Below are positions 8,095 to 17,339 of a DNA stretch of 64,000 bases, in pieces. Made by a program: the position numbers and the translations under genes. Numbering within the stretch: the stretch's first letter is position 1; each line of letters opens with the position of its first letter. A model generated the notes under the pieces. The model searched no databases. It saw nothing but the letters and a program-made list of their open reading frames with translations, and was not told where the DNA came from. Origin of the DNA: Anaerolineae bacterium (GTDB taxonomy: Bacteria > Chloroflexota > Anaerolineae > Aggregatilineales > Ch27); the NCBI GenBank assembly GCA_013178165.1, contig JABLXG010000007.1, forward strand, positions 7,168 to 71,167. The letters run 5' to 3'.

Positions 8095-10320
8095 ATGTCA
8101 GGGCATTCCAGGAGAAGCATCGGGGTACTCACCAGTGGCGGTGACGCCCCCGGGATGAATGCGGCAGTGCGGGCGATAGTCCGCACGGCGATCAACCTGG
8201 GGCATGATGTCTATGCGATCTACGAGGGCTACCAGGGTATGGTGGATGGCGGCAACTTCATCCGCCGGATGACCTGGGGGTCGGTGGGCGGCATCATGCA
8301 CCAGGGCGGCACGGTGATCGGTACGGCGCGTTGCGCTGCGTTCCGCACCCGCGATGGGCGCCGGCAGGCAGCCCGCAACCTGCTGGAGCATGGCATCGAT
8401 AGCCTGATTGTGATCGGCGGCGATGGCAGTCTGACCGGCGCGAATATCTTCCGGCAGGAGTGGCCAGAGCTGCTTGAAGAACTCGTGCAGCGGGGCGAAC
8501 TAAGCCGCAAGAAAGCCGATGCGCATCGCGAATTGCGGCTAGTGGGCCTGGTCGGATCGATTGACAACGATATGGTTGGCACGGATATGACCATCGGGGC
8601 GGACACAGCGCTGCATCGGATCACGGCGGCGGTTGATGCCATCGCCAGTACAGCGGCCAGCCACCAGCGGGTATTCGTGATCGAGGTCATGGGGCGGCAC
8701 TGCGGCTACCTGGCATTGATGAGCGCCCTGGCAACCGCCGCCAACTGGGTGTTGATCCCGGAAAGCCCGCCCGAGGTGGACGATTGGGAAGATGAGATGT
8801 GCCGGGCGCTGCGCGCCGGGCGTGAAACCGGCCGCCGCCACAGTATCGTCATCGTGGCAGAAGGCGCTCAGGACCGCTTTGGTAATCCCATCACCAGCCA
8901 GTATGTCCAGAAGGCGCTGGAAGAACGGCTAGGGGAGGAAGTGCGCGTCACCATCCTGGGGCACGTGCAGCGCGGCGGTGCGCCGAGCGCCTTTGACCGT
9001 AACCTGGGCACCCTGATGGGCTACGCGGCAGTAGAATGCATTGTCTCTGAAGAGGCGCGGGAACCCCTCCTCATCGGCATCCGTGAGAACCGGTTGGTTC
9101 ATGCGCCGCTGATGGCCTGCGTCGAGGCTACCCAGGAAGTCGCGCGAGCCATTGAAGCCCACGACTACAACCGGGCGATGTCATTGCGCGGCGGGAGCTT
9201 CAAGGATGCGCTGCGCACTTTCCGCACGCTGGTGCAGGCGTACCCGCGCAAACCGGAACCCGGCCAGAAACGGCTGCGCTTTCTGGTTATGAATTGCGGC
9301 GGGCCCGCCCCCGGTATGAATACCGCTGTCCGCGCTGCCGTCCGGCTGGGGCTGGACAAAGGCCACATTATGCTCGGAGCGCGCAACGGCTTCCGCGGCC
9401 TGCTGCGCGATGACATCAGCGAGATGGACTGGATGAGCGTCAGCGGGTGGGTCTCCCGCGGCGGCGCTGAGCTGGGCACGAGCCGTAAAATCCCTGCGGA
9501 AAGCGACCTGCCCAGGATCGCCCAGGTCCTGGAGGCGCATGACGTTCAGGGCTTGCTGATCATCGGCGGTCTCTCCGGCTATCAGGCGGCTCATCTGCTG
9601 TTCACGCACAGCAACCAGTATCCGGCCTTTAACATCCCGATCATCTGCATGCCAGCGTCGATCAATAATAATCTACCCGGCTCCGAGCATAGCATTGGCG
9701 CGGATACCGCCCTCAATAGCATTGTGATGGATGTGGACAAGATCAAGCAGTCCGCGGTGGCTTCCCGGCGCTGCTTTGTGGTGGAAGTGATGGGGCGCTA
9801 CTGTGGCTACCTGGCGCTGATGAGTGGTCTGGCGACAGGGGCGGAGCGGATCTACCTGCATGAAGAAGGACTAACCCTCAAGGATTTACAGGACGACCTG
9901 GCCAGCCTGGTCAAGGGATTTGAGCAGGACATGCGGCTGGGCCTGATCATCCGCAACGAGGATGTCGATCCGTTCTATACGACATCGTTCATTGCCTCAC
10001 TGTTTGAGAAAGAGGGCGGCGGGCTATTCAATGTACGGCAGACCATCCTGGGGCATGTCCAGCAGGGCGGCGACCCTTCGCCTTTTGACCGGATTCAGGC
10101 GACACGCTTGGCCGCCCGCTGTATGGAGTTCCTGATTGCCGAGGCGGGACGGGTCTCGCCAGCTGGGGCGTTTATCGGCCTGCAGGCCGGTCAGGTGACC
10201 TTCACCAGCCTGGGCGATTTGCCGCGCCTGCTCGACAGCGAATTTGGCCGACCCAAGGAGCAGTGGTGGCTGAGCATGAGACCGATCGCCAGCATCCTGG
10301 CCCGGCCCAGAACGCAGTAG
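8095..10320 (+). CDS. pfkA: ATP-dependent 6-phosphofructokinase, tandem-duplicated (eukaryotic-type) architecture
   Basis: There are two PfkA-like halves. The N half has IGVLTSGGDAPGMNAA, IGGDGSL, GSIDNDMVGTDMTIGADTA, MGRHCGYLAL and GHVQRGG. The C half has FLVMNCGGPAPGMNTA, IGGLSGY, PASINNNLPGSEHSIGADTA, MGRYCGYLAL and GHVQQGG. Confidence 0.9.
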   Translation: MSGHSRRSIGVLTSGGDAPGMNAAVRAIVRTAINLGHDVYAIYEGYQGMVDGGNFIRRMTWGSVGGIMHQGGTVIGTARCAAFRTRDGRRQAARNLLEHGIDSLIVIGGDGSLTGANIFRQEWPELLEELVQRGELSRKKADAHRELRLVGLVGSIDNDMVGTDMTIGADTALHRITAAVDAIASTAASHQRVFVIEVMGRHCGYLALMSALATAANWVLIPESPPEVDDWEDEMCRALRAGRETGRRHSIVIVAEGAQDRFGNPITSQYVQKALEERLGEEVRVTILGHVQRGGAPSAFDRNLGTLMGYAAVECIVSEEAREPLLIGIRENRLVHAPLMACVEATQEVARAIEAHDYNRAMSLRGGSFKDALRTFRTLVQAYPRKPEPGQKRLRFLVMNCGGPAPGMNTAVRAAVRLGLDKGHIMLGARNGFRGLLRDDISEMDWMSVSGWVSRGGAELGTSRKIPAESDLPRIAQVLEAHDVQGLLIIGGLSGYQAAHLLFTHSNQYPAFNIPIICMPASINNNLPGSEHSIGADTALNSIVMDVDKIKQSAVASRRCFVVEVMGRYCGYLALMSGLATGAERIYLHEEGLTLKDLQDDLASLVKGFEQDMRLGLIIRNEDVDPFYTTSFIASLFEKEGGGLFNVRQTILGHVQQGGDPSPFDRIQATRLAARCMEFLIAEAGRVSPAGAFIGLQAGQVTFTSLGDLPRLLDSEFGRPKEQWWLSMRPIASILARPRTQ

Positions 10321-10347
10321 CTCGCAATCGTCTTTCAGGCTTCTGCG

Positions 10348-10379
10348 CCCGCGCCGCCTGCCGGTGCGGGTGTTTTATT
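10348..10379 (+). terminator. Rho-independent terminator of pfk
   Basis: 9-bp stem, CCCGCGCCG (10348-10356) pairing with CGGTGCGGG (10362-10370), with one G-U pair and a 5-nt loop. It is followed by TGTTTTATT. The tail overlaps the stop codon of the convergent permease gene. Confidence 0.65.
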
Positions 10380-13073
10380 CATAGCGCAGGGCATTCAACG
10401 GCTTTTCCGTGGCTGCTGGCCAGGCTGTGATCAGGGTTGCGGCGATAGTCACCAGCACCGCCAGGGCCAGCATCAGAATCACCAGGTCGGTGGGCAAAGG
10501 CATGTGAACCAGCCCTTCGCTCAGGACAGGGACGAGCGCCAGGATAAGCAGGGTGGGCAACAGGCTGATCACGCCGCCAGCGATACCAACCAGGCTGTTT
10601 TCCGCCAGCAATTGACCCAGCGCCTGCCAGCGACTGACCCCGATAGCCTTAAGAATAGCGATCTGCCGACGGCGTTCCATGGTCGCCAGGGCGACGGTTG
10701 TGGCGATCAGGGCGCTGGCGGCGAACAGGCTCAGTCCGGCAACCAGCAGTGGAAGCGCGGCCAGCTGGTTCATCAGGCGGCTGATGATCGAGTCGAACAG
10801 AGCGACGTCGAAGATGAACACGCCGGGAATGGCGCCAACTGCCGCCATAACCTCGCGCACCGCGTCCGGCTGGACGTCCACAACAATGAAGTCAAAGGGA
10901 ATATTCTGGCGCGGCATCATATCCAGCGGGACCTGCAGGGCGCTGTCATTCAGGCTGAAGGGGATCAGACCGGTTGACGGCCCTGGCGCGACAATACCCA
11001 CGACCTCGAAATCTTGCACCCGTTCGCCTATGCGCAGCGTGATCGGCGAGCCAATTGTCACGCCATGCGCTTCCAGTTCGGGCAAATAAGGGATGGTGAT
11101 CACAGCCTGCCCGGCATCCTCCGGACCAAGGAAGCGTCCGGCGACCAGCTGGCCACGCGGCGGGTCGCCATAGGCAGCGACGCCCAGAACCAGGTTCAGG
11201 CTGACGCGACGCATGCTTGACTGCGCGTCAGTCCGGGCGAGGGCGAACCACCGTTCGTAATCTCGCGCGCCATTGATGGCCACCAACTCAAGTCTACCGG
11301 GGAAGCGGATCTCCCGGTAACCATTGACCGCCGGGATCGAATCCAGCCGGGTGCGCACTGTTCCCTGGACGAGCGACAGGGGCAGGATCACCACATTGCC
11401 ACCAAGCGGCTGGCTGATACTGGTGTACAGCAGGATATTGAGGCTGCGAGTCATGATCAGCGTGCCACTGAGCGCCGTCATGCCAATAATCAGGGCCAGC
11501 AGGCTGAAGGCGGTGCGGGTGCGGTGTGTTGCCAGACCGCGGATGGCCAGTTGCAGGTTGGCGTTGCGGAAGCTGGGCAACTTGCTCAACAGCCAGACCA
11601 ACGCCCAGTTGAGGGCGAACAGCACGGCCAGAAAGATGAAGGTTCCCAGCGTGGCAGTGATGCCGGGCGTCAGCGGCGGCGGCAACCGCAGGTAACGCGC
11701 AAAGCGGTGGCTGGCCACAATCAGGTCGATCAGCAGGCCAAAACCGATGATCAGCACGATGAAGCTGATGCCTGTCCACAGAGCACCCGCGCGCAGCATG
11801 GGAACATCGTCTTCCCGCAGCACCAGCTTGGGGCGGACACGGGCGGCGGTGATCATGGGCAGCAGACTGAAGAACAGGGTGACCACCAGGCCCAGGGCTA
11901 TCCCGATCAGGATCGGGTCAAGGTAGGGGCGCCAGGGCAGACCAATGGCAAAGGCCTGCTGCCCCAGGTCACGCGCGATATAGCTGAGCAGCATGCCAAG
12001 CGCAGCGCCCAGCAGGCTACCGAAGAAACCCGCCAGCGTCGCCTCCGCCAGCACCAGCAGGGAGATATCCAGGCTGTGCAGGCCAAGTGTCTTGAGCACG
12101 GCGATTTCCAGCGAACGACGGTTGATCGCCACAACCATCGTGTTGATAATGCCCACACCGCCGATGACCAGCCCGACCAGGCTCAATACCAGCACAAAGC
12201 GGGAGATAGCATCCGCGATCTCAGCATTCTCCTCCAGCACTTCCCCGGCAGAAACGGTCCACCAGCGGCTGTAGCGCTGGCGGTCCGGTCGCTGCGGCCA
12301 GCTGGCGATCTCCTCTTCAATGGCCCCGGGATCGGCCTCAGGGGGCAGCTTGAGGTAAGCGCGATCGGCCAGATCGTCCAGGCCGAACAATGCCTGCTCG
12401 GCGCGATTCAGGTAGATGAAGCTGAACAGCAGACTCTGCGGACCATCCAGCGAGCTTTCGGCGGTATCCGGCACGATGCCGCTAACCGTGAAATAGACGT
12501 TGGCCGAACCGACGCGCACCTGATCGCCAACTTCCGCCCCAATCTGGCTGGCCAGACGCTGGCTCAACACAGCTGCATTGGGGGTGGCGAACAGGTCGCC
12601 CAGCAGCGCACGGGCTGGCCTGTCTGCCCGGATGGTATCGTAGAAAGGGTAAACTGCCGGATCGATGAAGACGCTCATGGTCAGGGCAGGCGGCCCGGCG
12701 CGACCATACTCCCCGATCACAGCGACCTGCATCAACTCACCGTTGAGAGTGAAGGTGATCGCGATGTCGCGTTCGGCAGCCCACGCTTCAATGGCCGGGA
12801 TGTTCTCCGCACCAAAGGGGTGGTTCCGCTCTTCGGAATTGAAGATGCTCAGCACGAAGCCGCCATCCATGGTCGTGTCGGTTACCCGAATGTCGCCGCG
12901 CAGGAACGCCTGCGCGTTGCTGGTGAGGGCGTCAGTGAGCATCAACCCCAGGGCGCGCAGAGCGACCACAGAGGCTACGCCAACAGCTACCGACAGCAGG
13001 GTGAAGGCGGCGCGACGCCGATCGCGGACGATATTGCGCAGCGCATAGGCAAAAGCGAACCGAAGACGTTCGA

Positions 13074-13077
<4 letters not shown>
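10375..13077 (-). CDS. ABC transporter permease, double FtsX-domain (MacB/YbbP-like), 900 aa
   Basis: N-terminus YALRNIVRDRRRAAFTLLSVAVGVASVVAL, and a second module LAIRGLATHRTRTAFSLLALIIGMTAL. Both are followed by large extracytoplasmic regions and FtsX-type TM bundles (RRRQIAILKAIGVSRWQ). ATGA start/stop overlap with the upstream ATPase gene. Confidence 0.85.
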
Positions 13078-13817
<740 letters not shown>

Positions 13818-13929
13818 GAGATGGCCTTACTTTCTGTTCGATGATCCGGTTTTGCCGCGCACACCAGGCCGTGCGCCCTCACTACTGTTGCACGAAGGGG
13901 TTAGCCTGTCAAGGTGACCTGGAATCACA

Positions 13930-13954
13930 ACGGGGGACGCCGCACGCCCCCCGT
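13930..13954 (-). terminator. Hairpin terminator candidate just downstream of tRNA-Gly
   Basis: On the minus strand the sequence ACGGGGGGCGTGCGGCGTCCCCCGT forms a hairpin starting 4 nt after the tRNA 3' end: 7 GC-rich bp, one mismatch, then 2 bp. It is followed by TGTGATT. Confidence 0.45.
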
Positions 13955-13958
13955 CAAG

Positions 13959-14030
13959 AGCGGGTAACGGGATTCGAACCCGTGACATTCAGCTTGGGAA
14001 GCTGACGTTCTACCGCTGAACTATACCCGC
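13959..14030 (-). tRNA. tRNA-Gly (anticodon CCC)
   Basis: The 72-nt sequence GCGGGTATAGTTCAGCGGTAGAACGTCAGCTTCCCAAGCTGAATGTCACGGGTTCGAATCCCGTTACCCGCT folds by hand into a cloverleaf. Acceptor stem GCGGGTA/TACCCGC, D arm GTTC/GAAC, anticodon stem TCAGC/GCTGA with loop TTCCCAA, T arm ACGGG/CCCGT with loop TTCGAAT. CCA is not encoded. Confidence 0.95.
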
Positions 14031-14042
14031 CGATTGACCGTG

Positions 14043-14071
14043 ATTATAGGGCGGGTGCGGAGGGCTGTCAA
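14043..14071 (-). promoter_or_regulatory. Consensus sigma-70-type promoter driving tRNA-Gly
   Basis: On the minus strand: TTGACA (14071-14066), a 17-nt spacer, TATAAT (14048-14043), then 12 nt to the first tRNA nucleotide at 14030. Confidence 0.75.
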
Positions 14072-14102
14072 GATCGTTGAACGGCGGTTGCCGGGTCCGG
14101 CC

Positions 14103-15206
14103 TCAGCCGCGTGGCGGCCGCCGGACGTACACGCTCTCCACCAGCCCGATACCCAGCAGCAGGGTTAACAGGGAGCTACCACCTGAACTGATGAACGGCA
14201 GGGTCAGGCCGGTGACAGGCAACAGATTGAGATTCATGCCCACCGAGACAAAAGTCTGGAAGAAGATCAGGTTGGCCACGCCGTAGCACAGCAGGCTACC
14301 GAAGGGATCGGCGGCAACCCTTGCCACATAAAGGATGCGCCACAACACGATCGCGATCAGACCGAGCGCCAGCACCGCCCCGGCAAAACCCAGTTCCTCG
14401 GCGATGACGCTGAAAATGAAGTCTGTATGCCGCACCCGCAGGAAGCGTAACTGCGTCTGCGTGCCCTGGGCATAACCTTTGCCCAGCAATCCGCCAGAAC
14501 CGATGCTGATCAGCGCCTGGTTGATGTTGTACTGCCCACTGGGATCAGCTTCCGGGTTTACAAAGTTGATGATCCGCTGGCGCTGGTAGTCTTCCATGTT
14601 GATCCAGAGCACCGGCAGCAAGATCAACATCACCAGGGCGAAAATCAGAATATGCTTTAAGCGCAGGCCCGCCGCCCAGGCCATCACCATCCAGGTAGTC
14701 ATGATCACCACGGTAACACCCAGCGAGGGCTGCAGAAAGACCAGCAACGCCGGAATCCCAATGTACAGCAAAGATACAAACACCGTCTTGAGGTCACTAA
14801 AACGGGTGTAATTGTTGCTCAGATGCTGGCCCAGGGCGATCACCAGCAGCACCTTGCTGATCTCCGAGGGCTGGATGGGGATGCCGACATTCAGCCAGCG
14901 TTGCGCCCCCGCCGCGCCAACCAGCCCAAAGAAGGCCACCAGCCCCAGAAACACCAGGACAAGCGCGTAGATCCACTGGTAAAGTGCGCCGATCAACCGG
15001 TAATCAATTGCGGTCATGATCAACAGCACCGCGAACCCGACTACCGCATACTGGATCTGCCGGGGCACGCGGTTGATCAGGTCAGGATCGATTGCATCCA
15101 GGGTGGCGCTGCGGATCATCAGCACCCCGTAGATGACCAGCAGTACGACCGCGCTGAACAAAATGAAGTCAAACCGTCGCCAAATACTTACCCCGGTACC
15201 ATTCAT
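14103..15206 (-). CDS. rodA: SEDS-family peptidoglycan glycosyltransferase RodA
   Basis: FtsW/RodA/SpoVE family motifs (GAQRWL, QPSEISKVLLVIAL, TDFIFSVIAEELGF, LLPVTGLTLPFISSGGSS). About 10 TM helices. Called RodA rather than FtsW because it sits in the mre/mrdA cluster. Confidence 0.85.
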   Translation of the reverse strand: MNGTGVSIWRRFDFILFSAVVLLVIYGVLMIRSATLDAIDPDLINRVPRQIQYAVVGFAVLLIMTAIDYRLIGALYQWIYALVLVFLGLVAFFGLVGAAGAQRWLNVGIPIQPSEISKVLLVIALGQHLSNNYTRFSDLKTVFVSLLYIGIPALLVFLQPSLGVTVVIMTTWMVMAWAAGLRLKHILIFALVMLILLPVLWINMEDYQRQRIINFVNPEADPSGQYNINQALISIGSGGLLGKGYAQGTQTQLRFLRVRHTDFIFSVIAEELGFAGAVLALGLIAIVLWRILYVARVAADPFGSLLCYGVANLIFFQTFVSVGMNLNLLPVTGLTLPFISSGGSSLLTLLLGIGLVESVYVRRPPRG

Positions 15207-15262
15207 GCCACAGGAACCCTATCCAGGTAGATACCAGATTGGACCAACCCAAAGCCTATCGC

Positions 15263-15295
15263 CAAACAAAAGGGCCGCGTCTTCGACGCCGCCCC
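15263..15295 (-). terminator. Intrinsic terminator or attenuator between minE and rodA
   Basis: On the minus strand GGGGCGGCGTCGAAGACGCGGCCC forms a hairpin (9 of 10 bp, one C-C mismatch), followed directly by TTTTGTTTGG. It lies about 70 nt downstream of the minE stop and about 55 nt upstream of the rodA start. Confidence 0.55.
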
Positions 15296-15364
15296 AAGCT
15301 TCCCCAACTTGCCAGCTCCTGTCAAGAGCAACCCGCCGCGCCGCCACGCAGCCCAGACCGTCGC

Positions 15365-15631
15365 CTACCCGCGCGAGTCATCAATCGCCAGCGGGATATC
15401 GGCCACCAGCCAGCTATCGCGCTTGCGCTGCTCCACCGTGATCTCCACGTTTTCGCGGTCAATCTGCACATACTTGGAAATCACCGCCAGGATTTCTTCC
15501 TCCATCTCTTTGAGCTTCTCAGGGGAAAGATCCAGGCGATCGTGCACCAGCACCAGTTGCAGGCGCTCCTTGGCAATCTTTGCGGAACCGGTACTGCTCC
15601 GCCCCAGCAGGCGATCGATTAGGCTGCTCAT
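15365..15631 (-). CDS. minE: Cell division topological specificity factor MinE
   Basis: 88 aa. The N-terminus SLIDRLLGRSSTGSAKIAKERLQLVLVHDR is the MinE anti-MinCD/membrane-targeting signature. AGGAGA lies 8 nt upstream. Confidence 0.9.
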   Translation of the reverse strand: MSSLIDRLLGRSSTGSAKIAKERLQLVLVHDRLDLSPEKLKEMEEEILAVISKYVQIDRENVEITVEQRKRDSWLVADIPLAIDDSRG

Positions 15632-15646
15632 GGACGCTATCTCCTG

Positions 15647-16459
15647 CTATCCCATGCCTGCCGAATTGCCGCTAAAAAGCCGTGACAACCGCTTCAGGAA
15701 AGACTGTTCCTGATCCAGGGCCATCAGCGGGACATCCTCGCCCAGCAGGCGGCGGGCAATGTTGCGGAACGCCTGCCCGGCCCTGGAGTTTGGATCTCCG
15801 GCTGCCGGTTCCCCCTTATTCGATGAGGTTAGCACGGTTTCATCTTCCGGCACAACCCCGATGATCTTGATCGACAGGATCTCCACTACATCATTGGTGG
15901 AGAGCATCTCGCCGCGTTTGACCAGATCCATCTTGAGCCGGTTGAGGATGAGCTGGCCGGGGCCTTTCTCTTCAGCCTCCAGCAGGCCGATAATCCGGTC
16001 AGCATCCCGGACGGCGGAAACCTCGGGGTTAGTCACAATCAACACTTCATCAGCCGGAGCTACCGCATTGCGGAAGCCGCGCTCAATCCCGGCGGGCGAG
16101 TCGATCAGAATAAAATCGTAGTCCTCTCGCAGTTTTTGCGCAATGTCCACCATATCCGCCGGGCTGATCGCAGTCTTGTCGCGGGTCTGAGCAGCAGGGA
16201 TCAGATACAGGTCCGGGTAGGATTTATGCTTGATCATGGCCTGGCGCAGTTTGCAGCGCCCTTCAACGACATCCACCAGATCGTAGACGATGCGGTTTTC
16301 CAGCCCCAGGATGACATCCAGGTTGCGCAGGCCAATATCGGCGTCAATCGCCACCACCTTCTTGTTGAGCGCGGCCAGGGCGACACTGAGGTTCGCCGTA
16401 ACTGTGGTTTTGCCCACACCGCCCTTGCCAGATGTAACGGTTATCACTCGTGCGCCCAT
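15647..16459 (-). CDS. minD: Septum site-determining ATPase MinD
   Basis: Deviant Walker A TSGKGGVGKTT, DADIGLRNLD, and a C-terminal amphipathic helix KRLSRLFS. GGAGAG lies just upstream of ATG 16459, preferred over the longer ORF start 16516. Confidence 0.95.
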   Translation of the reverse strand: MGARVITVTSGKGGVGKTTVTANLSVALAALNKKVVAIDADIGLRNLDVILGLENRIVYDLVDVVEGRCKLRQAMIKHKSYPDLYLIPAAQTRDKTAISPADMVDIAQKLREDYDFILIDSPAGIERGFRNAVAPADEVLIVTNPEVSAVRDADRIIGLLEAEEKGPGQLILNRLKMDLVKRGEMLSTNDVVEILSIKIIGVVPEDETVLTSSNKGEPAAGDPNSRAGQAFRNIARRLLGEDVPLMALDQEQSFLKRLSRLFSGNSAGMG

Positions 16460-16493
16460 AGGCTCTCCATCAGTTCTTGAGATGAGTCCTGGC

Positions 16494-17237
16494 TCAATTC
16501 CATGCTTCCACCACAATGCGGTTGCCGCGAATCCTGGCGCTTTCCGGGCGAGGTTCCCGCCGCTGCTCCTTGGGGGATGTAGCGATATACCCGGCGATCC
16601 GCAGTTGCATAGGAGTCATATCCAGCGCGCAGACGGTTGCGCCTTCGTCGCCCTGCGCACCGGCGTGGACAACGCCGCGCAATCGTCCCCAGACAATCAC
16701 GTCCCCCCCGGCAATGATTTCCGCACCGGGGTTGACATCCCCAAGTACTACCACATGCCCATCGCTGTGAATCGTGCGCCCGCTGCGCAGCGTCCGCTTG
16801 AAGAGCACACCGATCGTGCCCACTTCTTCCGGGTTGATCGGCGGAGGGGCGCCGTCATCTTCCTGGACGCGCAACAGCGTCTCGGCAATCCCCGCCGGAA
16901 GCCGTTCGCCAGGTGAACGCTCCGGCACAGGGGCCTCCAGCGTTGTCGCTACCCCCAGTTTCCGCGCCGTCGTCAGGGTTGTCAGGCTGCCGCTCAGCAC
17001 CGCCCACAGGCTCACTTCACGATCCGCCAGCACATGTTGCAACAGACTCAACTCCTGCCGGCGCACCGAGCGCTCCCCAACATCGATCGCCAGACGCGCC
17101 CCGCGGAAGAAGTCGCGCTGCCGATCGATAACATTGGCCAGCTGGCGGGCCACCTCATCCCACGCCGCTTCGGGAGACACGTAAACGACAAGCCCATCCC
17201 GTGTACCCTTGATTTCGAGGGGTTTGTTGCCTGACAT
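16494..17237 (-). CDS. minC: Septum site-determining protein MinC
   Basis: The C-terminal beta-helix region GDVNPGAEIIAGGDVIVWGRLRGVVHAG...LRIAGYIA is MinC-typical. N-terminal domain LEIKGTRDGLVVYV. ATG 17237 is preferred over 17276. Confidence 0.85.
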   Translation of the reverse strand: MSGNKPLEIKGTRDGLVVYVSPEAAWDEVARQLANVIDRQRDFFRGARLAIDVGERSVRRQELSLLQHVLADREVSLWAVLSGSLTTLTTARKLGVATTLEAPVPERSPGERLPAGIAETLLRVQEDDGAPPPINPEEVGTIGVLFKRTLRSGRTIHSDGHVVVLGDVNPGAEIIAGGDVIVWGRLRGVVHAGAQGDEGATVCALDMTPMQLRIAGYIATSPKEQRREPRPESARIRGNRIVVEAWN

Positions 17238-17339
17238 GCCACCACCTGTATCAGTCGCGCGGTCAGCCGGAATCACTCCGTCTCAGGTTCTGAGTGTTGT
17301 CCACTACTATACTCATTTTTGGCTCTTGCGCTACGGGCA

